A DNA stretch of 64,000 nt from a phage. The notes below the pieces were generated by a model, which was given only the letters and a program-made list of their open reading frames with translations, did no database searches and was not told the origin of the DNA. The stretch lies in sequence record OZ335963.1; one strand, written 5' to 3'. Positions within the stretch are counted from its first letter, which is position 1. Each line of letters begins with the position of its first letter. Made by a program: the position numbers and the translations under genes. This document shows positions 19,716 to 28,568 of the stretch, in pieces.

Positions 19716-20243
19716 TTATGCGAGTACCGTCTTTAACCGTTCTTCAAACTTCCGAAGAGTATTTTGGCGTTCAGCTCTTTGCTTTTTGTAAGTTTCAATA
19801 CGCTCTGAAATGAGAGAGTATCGTTCATTTACTGATTCTTTCATAAAATCAGGAATTTCACGAGAAGCTTTAATCTCGTCAAATTTATCAATAACAGCTT
19901 GCTCTTCAGCAATTAAGTTATCATACATTAAAATATCTTTCTTGATGAACTCAATATCTTCTTGAGTTACACGAGATAATTTAGATGCTTTATCCTTTTT
20001 GTACTGTTCGTTAGTATCACGAGACCAGTGTAATGTACGATTTTTATTCGTATTTTTGTAAATTTCTACAATACCGATCTCATCAATAATAACGATCCAA
20101 TTCCAACGGGATTTGTAAATTTGTCCTCCATCAACAGTGATTTCACCTCCGATTGAGATGTCATTAAAGAACTTGCTTTGTGCTTCAGATTTAAATTTAC
20201 CATCATTGTAATTTACCAAGTTGAAAATATCTTTAGCGTTCAT
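19716..20243 (-). CDS. Hypothetical protein, 175 aa
   Basis: ORF with charged helical C-terminus. Confidence 0.55.
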   Translation of the reverse strand: MNAKDIFNLVNYNDGKFKSEAQSKFFNDISIGGEITVDGGQIYKSRWNWIVIIDEIGIVEIYKNTNKNRTLHWSRDTNEQYKKDKASKLSRVTQEDIEFIKKDILMYDNLIAEEQAVIDKFDEIKASREIPDFMKESVNERYSLISERIETYKKQRAERQNTLRKFEERLKTVLA

Positions 20244-20271
20244 TTTCTGTTCCTCCGTAGTTGATAGAGTA

Positions 20272-20301
20272 ATAATACCACAGAGGAACAGTCTTGTAAA
20301 C
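20272..20301 (-). promoter_or_regulatory. Early-type promoter upstream of ORF 19716-20243
   Basis: Minus strand GTTTACA, spacer, TGGTATTAT (extended -10). Confidence 0.4.
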
Positions 20302-20303
20302 CA

Positions 20304-20618
20304 CTAAAAGAAACTTCTTTCACAATTTTTTCCACTGAACCATGCACTTACCGCTTTCTTAGTCTCAGGAGCAGTGTTATCCATAAACCATTCAAAGGCA
20401 GCCTTTTTATGATTCTGGAGGGCTTCTCGGGCTTTAATCTGTTCACGGTCTATTAACACTAACATATGAGCCTTTCTTGTCACCATGGGCTTCTTATGAT
20501 TTTTTGAATACTCCCAATCATTTGTCCATCGCATTGTCGTTGCGAACTGAAATACTGCTTCTTTAATTTTAGTTTCGTAAATTTCACGAGCCTTTGAGTA
20601 TAACATCACTACCTCCAT
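20304..20618 (-). CDS. Hypothetical protein, 104 aa
   Basis: ORF; basic, Trp-containing. Confidence 0.5.
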   Translation of the reverse strand: MEVVMLYSKAREIYETKIKEAVFQFATTMRWTNDWEYSKNHKKPMVTRKAHMLVLIDREQIKAREALQNHKKAAFEWFMDNTAPETKKAVSAWFSGKNCERSFF

Positions 20619-20707
20619 TCACCAGTTTAATTCTAGTCATCTTTTTAATGGCAGTCCATATAATCTATTTCTGAACTGCCTTTTTGTCATAGAAGTCCTC
20701 TTATGAA

Positions 20708-21676
20708 TTATTTCAGAAGAGTAACCTCAGCGATTTCTTCCCAACCGTTTTTGTCGGTCATAATAAAGTCAGCAAGATAAAGAGCAGTACGCAGTGAAAC
20801 ATTGCGTAAACGATTAACATTAACTTTCATCCATGATAATGCTTTATAAGTTTCTTCATCAGAAAGACCGCGCTTTTGCATCATGTCAGTTGAAAGAATA
20901 ACATCTTCAACCCTGACCATAATTTCTTCATTAGTATGAACACCCAAATCCAAATAAACCGAGCGGGACACTAATGCTTGTAAATGTGGAGCAAGTTTAG
21001 TACCACGGTCTAATTCGCGGTCAATGTCAACGTTTGTGATAAAAACAATCGTTCCTTTAAATTCAAACTCACGCTCAATGCCTTTTTCTTCTAAGTAAGA
21101 AGACGCAGTGCTCCAGCAGACTTTACGGGTCTCTCCAGTGTCCAGAGCAGCTTTTAGAAGATTAAGAATGTCCATATCAGAGAAAACATCCACATCATCA
21201 ATCAAAAGGACAGAATTCTCTTCACGATTATTCCAAAGCTGTTCATAAAGACCAATACCAGAGATTTTACCATTAATGCTTTTATATTCAATGTATCCAA
21301 TATCATTTGCTTTATTCAAAGCTTTATCTAAAGAATACGTTTTACCAATACCTGCTGCGCCAGAGATAATTAATGAACGAATATTTCCATTAATAATACC
21401 ATTCGTCATCATTCCCATAACATTAAATCTTTTATTAATGCGGGTTTTCATATCTTCATACGATTCTTTAACTTCTTCAACTTTTACACCATCATATGAA
21501 ATATCTGATTTGTAAACCCAAACACCGCGACGTTTACCGTCAATTTCAACAAAAACTTTACCATCTCCTTGTGCATCTACCGGAGCATTATCTGGGAACC
21601 ATTCGCCTAAGAGCTCAAAAGTTCCAGAGATTTCTTTACCGAAGTAGATACCCTTATTGATAGTTACAGTTTTCAT
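20708..21676 (-). CDS. P-loop ATPase, AAA+-like (about 322 aa)
   Basis: Walker A SGAAGIGKT, Walker B VLLIDDVD, sensor-like FITN; ATG at 21676 with GGAGAA RBS (track ORF extends to 21694). Confidence 0.6.
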   Translation of the reverse strand: MKTVTINKGIYFGKEISGTFELLGEWFPDNAPVDAQGDGKVFVEIDGKRRGVWVYKSDISYDGVKVEEVKESYEDMKTRINKRFNVMGMMTNGIINGNIRSLIISGAAGIGKTYSLDKALNKANDIGYIEYKSINGKISGIGLYEQLWNNREENSVLLIDDVDVFSDMDILNLLKAALDTGETRKVCWSTASSYLEEKGIEREFEFKGTIVFITNVDIDRELDRGTKLAPHLQALVSRSVYLDLGVHTNEEIMVRVEDVILSTDMMQKRGLSDEETYKALSWMKVNVNRLRNVSLRTALYLADFIMTDKNGWEEIAEVTLLK

Positions 21677-21722
21677 TTTATTCTCCAATTTCACATTTGT
21701 TTTGATAGGGTAATAGTATCAC

Positions 21723-21752
21723 ACTACTACCCTACTGTAAACAATTTATTTT
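21723..21752 (-). promoter_or_regulatory. Early-type promoter upstream of the ATPase gene
   Basis: Minus strand GTTTACA, spacer, TACTAT. Confidence 0.4.
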
Positions 21753-22009
21753 AGTGTTTGCCAAATTTTTACTGCTTCGCGACGAGATACTTCTACAGCT
21801 CCAAGTTCTACGGCTTTTTGACGTCGGCGAGCATGTAAGTCATAATGTTTAATGCGTTTATCTTGAAACCAAGAACGTTTCATTCCTATTGCTTCTGCCA
21901 TTTCATGGAGCTCTTCAATATCTCCATCAGTGAACATATGACAATTTTTAGTTAGATGACCGCGAAGTTTCCATCCATGATTCATTAAAACATCTACGTA
22001 AACTGTCAT
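21746..22009 (-). CDS. Small protein, DUF4031-like (87 aa)
   Basis: MTVYVD...HMFTDGDIEELHEMAEAIG...HYDL...AVELGAVEV pattern resembles DUF4031 as recalled. Confidence 0.4.
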   Translation of the reverse strand: MTVYVDVLMNHGWKLRGHLTKNCHMFTDGDIEELHEMAEAIGMKRSWFQDKRIKHYDLHARRRQKAVELGAVEVSRREAVKIWQTLK

Positions 22010-22155
22010 TGATTCTGCTCCAAATATGTTTCTATAATTTTCTGAGCGAGATAAACTGCGTTATCTTCAGTTGCGTCTTCTAAGAAATTTTCAAAATAAG
22101 CTGAAATTTCTTCTGTGTCAATCAACTTTTTTACTTCAATTAACGTAGTTTTCAT
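22006..22155 (-). CDS. Hypothetical small protein, 49 aa
   Basis: Track ORF 22006-22323 runs through a terminator hairpin and a promoter; the plausible gene starts at ATG 22155 (MKTTLIEVKKLIDTEE...). Confidence 0.35.
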   Translation of the reverse strand: MKTTLIEVKKLIDTEEISAYFENFLEDATEDNAVYLAQKIIETYLEQNQ

Positions 22156-22189
22156 TTTATTCCCCAAATCCGTATCAGTTGATAGTTGT

Positions 22190-22219
22190 ATAGTACCATA
22201 AAGCTTTATGCTTGTAAAC
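22190..22219 (-). promoter_or_regulatory. Early-type promoter
   Basis: Minus strand GTTTACA, spacer, TACTAT. Confidence 0.4.
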
Positions 22220-22241
22220 CGTTTTGTGAAAAAATTTTTGA

Positions 22242-22259
22242 AATAAAAAAGGGAGCCCG
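22242..22259 (-). terminator. UUCG-tetraloop hairpin terminator downstream of the nucleotidyltransferase gene
   Basis: Plus gggagcccgaaggctccc flanked by A/T runs; sits just past the stop at 22271. Confidence 0.55.
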
Positions 22260-22270
22260 AAGGCTCCCTA

Positions 22271-23281
22271 TCATTTATAATAACTTCGGTGGTTTTCAAG
22301 ATAAACCCTCTCAAGGAAGTCATCCCAGAAACCCATGTCTACTTTTTGCTGCATACCGTTCTTAGAAGCTTCAATAGATGCTGCTTCTACTTGATCGACC
22401 ACATCTTCCAAAAACTCTTGAACAGTTTTAAATGGATGTTTACCCAACTTCACGTCGAGAATAAATGGAGCGTCTTGAAGTGGATAGACTAAGTCACCAG
22501 TTTTGTAAATTTCCAATAGTTGGAGTCCGCCACGACAAGCATGACTTAGAGCTTTCCAGTCAATGCCCTCATTCGCTTCAGCCTTACGAGCGCGTTCGCC
22601 GTATTCAGCATCTAATTTGTTCAGTGACTGCTTAAGCTCGATAAGAGAAAGCGTTGTCTGATATTTACGGCCCAACACAGTGTAGAACGTTTGTGGGCCT
22701 GTTTTCTCATGATTATGGAATACCCATTCACAGAATTCGTTCTCTGGAAGACGATGCTTAATATCTTCAACTTTAGTTCGACGCTGCTTAATGGAACCGT
22801 CTTCTTGGTAATCAACCCATTGCTCAGGGATTTGATTAACTACTTTCAATACATCACGCAATGCGGCCAAACGAGAACCCTTGACACCATATTTAGAAGC
22901 TTGCTTGCGGACATATCCTAAATAAGATTTCATGTTAGTTGTATAAAAACGAGAACGATTGTCTTGAATAAATTTCCATACATCAGGCAAATCAGATTTA
23001 ACTACCAGTTCAGGTGGAGTGTGAAGCATATCTAATGCTACGGTTTCACCATCTACTGCTAATTTAAAGAAATATTTAAGACTGTATAGTTCATGGTCAA
23101 TATCATCTTTAGTGTTTTTAGATGATGTGTTGTTGGTATTTTTACTCATATGCTCTTTAACATTTCCGATAAGAATATCACGAGCAGGAGGAACAAAGAT
23201 TTCTTTAAAATCTACATCAGATTCTGGTGTAGAAGTTCCATAAAGATGACTACCGAAATAGCTTTTCATTACTGTTTTCAT
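22271..23281 (-). CDS. Pol-beta-superfamily nucleotidyltransferase (336 aa)
   Basis: N-terminal YFGSHLYGTSTPESDVDF (GS...[DE]h[DE]h) nucleotidyltransferase signature; AAGGA RBS. Confidence 0.5.
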   Translation of the reverse strand: MKTVMKSYFGSHLYGTSTPESDVDFKEIFVPPARDILIGNVKEHMSKNTNNTSSKNTKDDIDHELYSLKYFFKLAVDGETVALDMLHTPPELVVKSDLPDVWKFIQDNRSRFYTTNMKSYLGYVRKQASKYGVKGSRLAALRDVLKVVNQIPEQWVDYQEDGSIKQRRTKVEDIKHRLPENEFCEWVFHNHEKTGPQTFYTVLGRKYQTTLSLIELKQSLNKLDAEYGERARKAEANEGIDWKALSHACRGGLQLLEIYKTGDLVYPLQDAPFILDVKLGKHPFKTVQEFLEDVVDQVEAASIEASKNGMQQKVDMGFWDDFLERVYLENHRSYYK

Positions 23282-23724
23282 TTAACATCCTTAAATTCTA
23301 TCATAGGGCAGATTTTAGATTTACTAGCTTTAAGGTATTCAACGATTACACTATTAGGATGTTCAATACCGTTTTCTTCGTCTTGTTGACGCTTCCACGC
23401 TCTATCATACCTGACTCCTTCCCATAAACCTGAAATCTTAGCTACAATATATGCTATACCTACTGCAATAACGACAATCGTAGCAAATATCAGTACACCA
23501 AATACGGTTCCGCCTGCGTGTAGAAGCCAGAATCCTGTAACACCAAATTGACTTAAAATAGCTTGTCCTACCACCCAACTACCTAATAGCCCCGATGTGC
23601 AAATAACACCGATAACTAAGAACGTCCACGCCATTTTCCAGAAATATTTACACAAAGAATTCGGACGCTGCCAGTAAAAGAAATCATGCATACGAACGTG
23701 CCAAGAGTTTTCATTAATAATCAT
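23278..23724 (-). CDS. Membrane protein, 148 aa (3 predicted TM helices)
   Basis: Hydrophobic segments WTFLVIGVICTSGLLGSWVV, GFWLLHAGGTVFGVLIFATIVVIAVGIAYIVA; stop overlaps the NTase start. Confidence 0.55.
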   Translation of the reverse strand: MIINENSWHVRMHDFFYWQRPNSLCKYFWKMAWTFLVIGVICTSGLLGSWVVGQAILSQFGVTGFWLLHAGGTVFGVLIFATIVVIAVGIAYIVAKISGLWEGVRYDRAWKRQQDEENGIEHPNSVIVEYLKASKSKICPMIEFKDVK

Positions 23725-23726
23725 AA

Positions 23727-24248
23727 TTATCCTTTCATTGAAGGTGTAACAGTTGTTAAATACTTAATCATAGCTTCAGCTTCTGATTTTGATAATGAAA
23801 TTTCTCCATTGTTTTGACGAATAGAAATAAAATCCGGATGATGGTCACCACCAGCTTTTAAAATACACATATAAGTATCAGTTTCATCTTCAATATCTGA
23901 AATGATTGAAGCAGTTCCACATGAATGTGGTTTTTGATAAATCAATACAGCTTTTCTTCCACCGTTTGACTGTTCATAAACTTTTAACACATCAAACAAA
24001 TCACTTCTTTTATCAATAGCTAAGATGTTGTTTTCATCTTCAATGTTAAATCCTTCGGATACTTCATAAAGTGTCACCCATAAATCACCAATATCAATAA
24101 CAGCGTTCACTTTTCCATGACTTTCAAGAGCATTACAAATTTTCTTGATTTCATCATAACTCATTTTAATAATATCATCTCCTTGAATAAAGAAGATGTC
24201 ATTTTTAAATTCAACACGAATTAAACCACTTCCACTTGAAATAAACAT
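23727..24248 (-). CDS. Hypothetical protein, 173 aa (paralog of 24255-24821)
   Basis: C-terminus SKSEAEAMIKYLTTVTPSM resembles TKDEAIALKTYLDSVIPTM of the upstream ORF. Confidence 0.5.
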   Translation of the reverse strand: MFISSGSGLIRVEFKNDIFFIQGDDIIKMSYDEIKKICNALESHGKVNAVIDIGDLWVTLYEVSEGFNIEDENNILAIDKRSDLFDVLKVYEQSNGGRKAVLIYQKPHSCGTASIISDIEDETDTYMCILKAGGDHHPDFISIRQNNGEISLSKSEAEAMIKYLTTVTPSMKG

Positions 24249-24254
24249 ATTTCC

Positions 24255-24821
24255 TCACTTTGAAATCATAGTTGGAATGACAGAATCAAGATAAGTCTTT
24301 AGCGCAATAGCTTCGTCTTTGGTAAATGTGACAATATGCGATCGAAAATCGTCAATTTGACGAATAGTTAAGACATCTCCATCTTCATAGCATTTTGACA
24401 CATTTAAAACAGTTTCATCATTTTGATCGCACTGATCGCAAGCGTTAGTAATAATAGCATTGCAATTTTTGAGCCATTTTAAACTATGTTTTCTTTCATT
24501 AGAATAATAAAAATATTTAATGTAAGTTATAAAATTATCCCAATTATTAATTGATAAGCACATTGACTCACTTTTAATATTAAATCCTGGGCATGAAGAA
24601 TAAAAATGAATTTTGTGCTCATCATTGATGCTTACTATTTTATCAGTATAAGGATATTCAATTTGGGTTAAATGAATGATTTCACTAGGCATAAAATACA
24701 GCATATCGTCTTCTTGTGTCAAACGATACATGTTATTTACTTTTTCTATAGCCAATTCACCAAAAAGCGGACTAACTTCTAATACTAATCGTTTCATATT
24801 GATTCTCTTCGACTCACTCAC
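24255..24821 (-). CDS. Hypothetical Cys-rich protein, 188 aa (paralog of 23727-24248)
   Basis: Starts at GTG in the track, ATG 8 codons in; Cys-rich segment NACDQCDQ. Confidence 0.5.
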   Translation of the reverse strand: MSESKRINMKRLVLEVSPLFGELAIEKVNNMYRLTQEDDMLYFMPSEIIHLTQIEYPYTDKIVSINDEHKIHFYSSCPGFNIKSESMCLSINNWDNFITYIKYFYYSNERKHSLKWLKNCNAIITNACDQCDQNDETVLNVSKCYEDGDVLTIRQIDDFRSHIVTFTKDEAIALKTYLDSVIPTMISK

Positions 24822-24956
24822 AATTACATACTCCTTTGAATAATATCAATAATGTTGTTCACCAGATTATAAGTAAACATTGGATAATTATATTGAATCA
24901 TCACATACACAACAAACAAAACTTTCATTCTCTTCTCCTTGGCAGTTGACAAGATT

Positions 24957-24986
24957 ACTATATCATAACCTTGCCAACTTGTAAAC
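24957..24986 (-). promoter_or_regulatory. Early-type promoter upstream of the 188-aa/173-aa/membrane/NTase gene string
   Basis: Minus strand GTTTACA, spacer, TATAGT. Confidence 0.4.
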
Positions 24987-25151
24987 CATTAAATGACGTT
25001 TTCAATAAAATTCTGAAGCTTTGTGTGAGCATCAACCATGATTTTCATTTCTTCCTTTGCGAAAGCTGTACCTCTTTCTCGAGCAGAATACTCATAGTCA
25101 GAAACTGCATTAGCATATTCTTCAATTAGCTTCATTAAAAACATCTGCTTT

Positions 25152-25346
25152 TCAGTTTTCATTATTCCACCTAATCATTTCAAGATATTGAACTAACTTA
25201 GCTTTGGATTTATCCAAATCTCTTTTAGCTGCTTCTATACCGTCGTATGAATATCCTTCACAATGCTCAACTGCCAATTGGTATGAATCTATTTCAATAT
25301 CACGTGCTAATTTGATGATTTTTTCAAACTGTTCGCGTGTTAGCAT
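25152..25346 (-). CDS. Hypothetical protein, 64 aa
   Basis: Track ORF; my reading of the displayed sequence near 25197-25202 gives an in-frame stop, so there is a 1-nt discrepancy I could not resolve. Confidence 0.35.
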   Translation of the reverse strand: MLTREQFEKIIKLARDIEIDSYQLAVEHCEGYSYDGIEAAKRDLDKSKAKLVQYLEMIRWNNEN

Positions 25347-25348
25347 AC

Positions 25349-25567
25349 TTAAACTCTCGTATTATGATTGATAATTTCATCAAGAAACATGTCTAAAGCT
25401 TCTACAGCATTATCAACTTTAGCTTCAAGTTCTTCAATGCCTGACGAAGCAAAGTTAATGCGTTCCTCATCTGCTTTGCGAATTAAAGCTACCAATTCTT
25501 TAAATTTATCTGCTTGTTCAATGCTAATCATTATTCCACCACGTATGAAAGAGAGAATATTGCACAC
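25349..25567 (-). CDS. Hypothetical protein, 72 aa
   Basis: ORF downstream of rI.1; acidic helical. Confidence 0.45.
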   Translation of the reverse strand: MCNILSFIRGGIMISIEQADKFKELVALIRKADEERINFASSGIEELEAKVDNAVEALDMFLDEIINHNTRV

Positions 25568-25764
25568 GCCATATGAGTTGCAGCTTCATCACACATATCA
25601 TAACGTTTCTTAAGAAGTTCTACAAGTTCTTCACTAGTAACTTCATCCATGTCGACGAAAAAATCACCATTAATGATGACGTAGATATTTCCTTCTTGAT
25701 TGAGTGCTTCAATTTTCATGATGTTCTCCTCTTTATCCGATAGTTGTATAGTATCACAGCTCAA
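25531..25764 (-). CDS. Hypothetical protein, 77 aa
   Basis: ORF; overlaps the next ORF, so start or stop assignment is uncertain. Confidence 0.4.
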   Translation of the reverse strand: MSCDTIQLSDKEENIMKIEALNQEGNIYVIINGDFFVDMDEVTSEELVELLKKRYDMCDEAATHMACAIFSLSYVVE

Positions 25765-25777
25765 ATGGAAAGTAAAC
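25748..25777 (-). promoter_or_regulatory. Early-type promoter
   Basis: Minus strand GTTTAC, spacer, TACTAT. Confidence 0.4.
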
Positions 25778-25793
25778 CGGTAAAATGAAAAAA

Positions 25794-25809
25794 GTCTCCC
25801 GAAGGAGAC
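25794..25809 (-). terminator. UUCG-tetraloop hairpin downstream of rI.1
   Basis: Plus gtctcccgaaggagac. Confidence 0.45.
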
Positions 25810-25814
25810 TAATG

Positions 25815-26201
25815 TTATTCGAGGGAAAGAAGATATTTGCTCTGGTAAAACATCCCAGTAATATCATCTATCGTGCTTTGAATGGCTGGAGGCATTTCTT
25901 TATAAATGCTGTTAGATTGGTCTAGTATGTGATCAATCATTTTAATTGTGTCGGTAGGAAGTTTACTAGCATCTGGAATTGAAGGTGTGTATTTTCTACC
26001 AGAATACCCCAAATATTGCTCACCAAATTTATCAATCAAATCTGGCAACTCAGAGAAAATAAAATCGTATGCTTTGTGTCTAGCATAACTTTTAGTTTCA
26101 AAATGCGCAGAATGAAAATAAGCTTGTGCAGCCATTAATAAACCTAAGTATTCATCTGCCTTTGAAGGTTTTCCACTTTGTGAAAAGTCGCTGAATTTCA
26201 T
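25815..26201 (-). CDS. Hypothetical protein at T4 rI.1 position (128 aa)
   Basis: ORF immediately adjacent to rI; named by synteny only. Confidence 0.55.
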   Translation of the reverse strand: MKFSDFSQSGKPSKADEYLGLLMAAQAYFHSAHFETKSYARHKAYDFIFSELPDLIDKFGEQYLGYSGRKYTPSIPDASKLPTDTIKMIDHILDQSNSIYKEMPPAIQSTIDDITGMFYQSKYLLSLE

Positions 26202-26491
26202 TCAGTCTCCAATTTAATGTTCATAATTCTAGCGTATGATTGTGCCATCTCCGCGCCTCGCTCTATACATTCAAAATCGGAAGAGCACGGGTCATTTTTA
26301 TAAGTCGTTCGCATAAAACTATAGAACTGTTCAGATGATTCTACGCTTTTATTTTCAAAAAGCATATAAACGTGTCTAATACCAGATTCCATAAATTTAT
26401 CAAAATGAGGATCGACATTCGCTTCAATTGGTGGAGACAAAGCAAACGCTAATCCTAGCATGGCAAATAGTGCCGTTGCTTTTAAGGCCAT
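26198..26491 (-). CDS. rI: Lysis-inhibition regulator rI (antiholin)
   Basis: 97 aa; MALKATALFAMLGL... signal-anchor N-terminus; matches T4 RI as recalled. Confidence 0.88.
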   Translation of the reverse strand: MALKATALFAMLGLAFALSPPIEANVDPHFDKFMESGIRHVYMLFENKSVESSEQFYSFMRTTYKNDPCSSDFECIERGAEMAQSYARIMNIKLETE

Positions 26492-26503
26492 AAAGGCCTC
26501 CTA

Positions 26504-26716
26504 TCATTTTTGTCCTGTATTTACTTTATGCCGATGCACGGCCTTAACTTTATCAAGGTATTTTTCAAAATTTCGCAATCTAGTATAGTCTGCCGGAGAT
26601 TGGTTGAGTGATACTTCTCGACGCAAAGCTGAAATGATATTTCCAACTTCCCTACGAATTTCATCTAATTGAAGAACAGTAAGATTGCGAAGTTGCTTTT
26701 CAGTTAATTGTAGCAT
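26504..26716 (-). CDS. Hypothetical protein at T4 rI.-1 position (70 aa)
   Basis: ORF between tk and rI. Confidence 0.5.
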
Positions 26717-26758
26717 ATATACCCCTTTAGTTAGATAAACCTATTTATAACTTTTGCA

Positions 26759-27340
26759 CTAACCGAGCTTTTTAGTTAATTCATTCCAATGTTTTCTACA
26801 CAAAGAAACATAAATTTCATCACCAATACAGATTTGATTACCTTCTTTAACTGGCGTTCCATCTTCCATTAATCGAGCTGTCATAATAGCTTTTTTACCA
26901 CAATGACAAACTGCTTTTAGTTCAATAAGTTTATCTGCAATCGCCAAAAGTTCTTTAGAACCTTCAAATAATTTTCCAGCGAAATCAGTCCTTAGCCCAT
27001 AAGCCATAACAGGAACATTATATGTATCAACAATTCGGCTTAATTGATGCACCTGTTCAGTTTTTAAAAACTGGGCTTCATCTACAAATACACAATGAAT
27101 ATCTTTTTGTGCTTCAGCCCATTTATAGAACTCAAAAATATCCATATCATCCGTAATAATATTCGCTTCCTGTTTAATTCCAATGCGAGAAACGACTTCA
27201 CAGACAGAATCACGAGTATCAATAGCAGGCTTAAGAACTAATACACTCATTCCGCGTTCTTTATAATTATGCGCAGCAGTCAAAAGAGAAGCAGATTTTC
27301 CAGCATTCATTGCTGCATAAGTAAAAATTAAACTCGCCAT
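26759..27340 (-). CDS. tk: Thymidine kinase
   Basis: 193 aa; P-loop AMNAGKS; C-terminal CHCG...C zinc motif; matches T4 Tk. Confidence 0.93.
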   Translation of the reverse strand: MASLIFTYAAMNAGKSASLLTAAHNYKERGMSVLVLKPAIDTRDSVCEVVSRIGIKQEANIITDDMDIFEFYKWAEAQKDIHCVFVDEAQFLKTEQVHQLSRIVDTYNVPVMAYGLRTDFAGKLFEGSKELLAIADKLIELKAVCHCGKKAIMTARLMEDGTPVKEGNQICIGDEIYVSLCRKHWNELTKKLG

Positions 27341-27349
27341 ATCACCTTC

Positions 27350-27535
27350 TTAAAGCGTATTCACATAAGCTATTAATTCGTTTTCTTTCTTATCAAACCG
27401 ATCAGCAAATTCTTCTTGCTGATCGGGAGATAGCGGGCCATATTCATCATAAAAGGTGTTTGCTTCTGTATGCTCATCTAGAAGTTCATGGATAAGCTCA
27501 AACAATTTATCTTTTTGTTCTTTACTCAGACTCAT
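27350..27535 (-). CDS. Hypothetical acidic protein, 61 aa
   Basis: ORF immediately after tk. Confidence 0.5.
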   Translation of the reverse strand: MSLSKEQKDKLFELIHELLDEHTEANTFYDEYGPLSPDQQEEFADRFDKKENELIAYVNTL

Positions 27536-27705
27536 ATATTAATTTCCAGGAGTTTTAAAATAATTCGCTTTTGCTTAAATATTTCCACAGTTAAATGATC
27601 AGTATCTTTTTGACCGATTCCAATGGCAAAACCTTTATTAACAGCGAGTTCAATTAAATTATCAAGTTCACGTAACACTTCATATTGTAGCTCAGAACTA
27701 TTCAT
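27532..27705 (-). CDS. Hypothetical small protein, 57 aa
   Basis: Hand-translated MNSSELQYEVLRELDNLIELAVNKGFAIGIGQKDTDHLTVEIFKQKRIILKLLEINI; ATGA overlaps on both sides. Confidence 0.4.
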   Translation of the reverse strand: MNSSELQYEVLRELDNLIELAVNKGFAIGIGQKDTDHLTVEIFKQKRIILKLLEINI

Positions 27706-27929
27706 TTCGGTTTACCTTCTTTAACGAAATCAGGATAAGGATAAAATCCTGAATAAAATCCTTCACCTTTATGATTGATACATCCTTTATTAGAACAATA
27801 GCACCAATAATCGAAATCACAAGCCATTTCATCATTACATAAAGCAAAAACAACCGGCCATTCGCACTTTTCGCAGTGGGCATTTTTAAGAATACTAGTT
27901 TGACTCATAACCATGTAACCTTTAAGCAA
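27702..27929 (-). CDS. Cys-rich small protein, 75 aa
   Basis: Nine Cys including CEKCEW and CYCSNKGC; possible metal-binding. Confidence 0.5.
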   Translation of the reverse strand: MLKGYMVMSQTSILKNAHCEKCEWPVVFALCNDEMACDFDYWCYCSNKGCINHKGEGFYSGFYPYPDFVKEGKPK

Positions 27930-28117
27930 TATTCTTCTACGTGCTGTTTACGACCTTTCTTATCAATAAAGGTATATTCAACGAATGTTCCAATATAATC
28001 TTTATCTACATCATGCGGACTATTAATTGGGCATTTAGTACGGCAAATGCGTTCCCATTGACGAATAATTTCCACTTTGTTTTTAGGATCAAACGGATGC
28101 GGGTAATGTACTTTCAT
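27905..28117 (-). CDS. Hypothetical protein, 70 aa
   Basis: ORF; Cys/His-containing. Confidence 0.45.
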   Translation of the reverse strand: MKVHYPHPFDPKNKVEIIRQWERICRTKCPINSPHDVDKDYIGTFVEYTFIDKKGRKQHVEEYCLKVTWL

Positions 28118-28568
28118 AATCCACCACTATTAAATCAATATCAGGAGTAAACATGTCGATTAATTTAGAAACCTTATCCCAATCACCGCCAGCAATACCA
28201 CAACCTATGCGTGGAATGTAAATTACTGGTTTAAACAAAAGGGTTTCTGCCTGTTGATTTAATTCTATCATACAGTTTACTAAAGCACCATAATCAAGAT
28301 TAGGACCCGGTTCGTATTGCGTATACAGGTTATAGCATATACCAAATCCCGTAGGACTATGTTTAAAAACAATAGACATATCGCCTAATTTATCGCGAGA
28401 ACCGTACTCGGTAGTGGTTTTATCTATTTCTAAAATTTTGGGATAGGCTCTTGCTAATTGACCTGCTACACCAGAGCCCATTGTGTGGAAGCAATTGCAC
28501 CCGTGCGCAATAATATTACCTTGAAGAAATAGGGCGACAATATCGCCCTTGATATATTTTACAATCAT
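28089..28568 (-). CDS. Macro-domain protein (ADP-ribose binding/processing), 159 aa
   Basis: IKGDIV...HGCNCFHTMGSGVAGQL and IYIPRIGCGIAGG match the two glycine-rich macro-domain loops. Confidence 0.5.
   Translation of the reverse strand: MIVKYIKGDIVALFLQGNIIAHGCNCFHTMGSGVAGQLARAYPKILEIDKTTTEYGSRDKLGDMSIVFKHSPTGFGICYNLYTQYEPGPNLDYGALVNCMIELNQQAETLLFKPVIYIPRIGCGIAGGDWDKVSKLIDMFTPDIDLIVVDYESTLPASV

Noticed and set aside
22006-22323. 105-aa ORF as listed in the track
   Set aside because: Its N-terminal half reads through a terminator hairpin and a promoter; only the 3' 49 codons from ATG 22155 are a plausible gene.
25190-25205. Apparent in-frame stop or frameshift inside ORF 25152-25346
   Set aside because: My manual reading of the displayed bases conflicts by one nucleotide with the ORF track, which reads through; this is most likely my transcription error, so I do not call a pseudogene.
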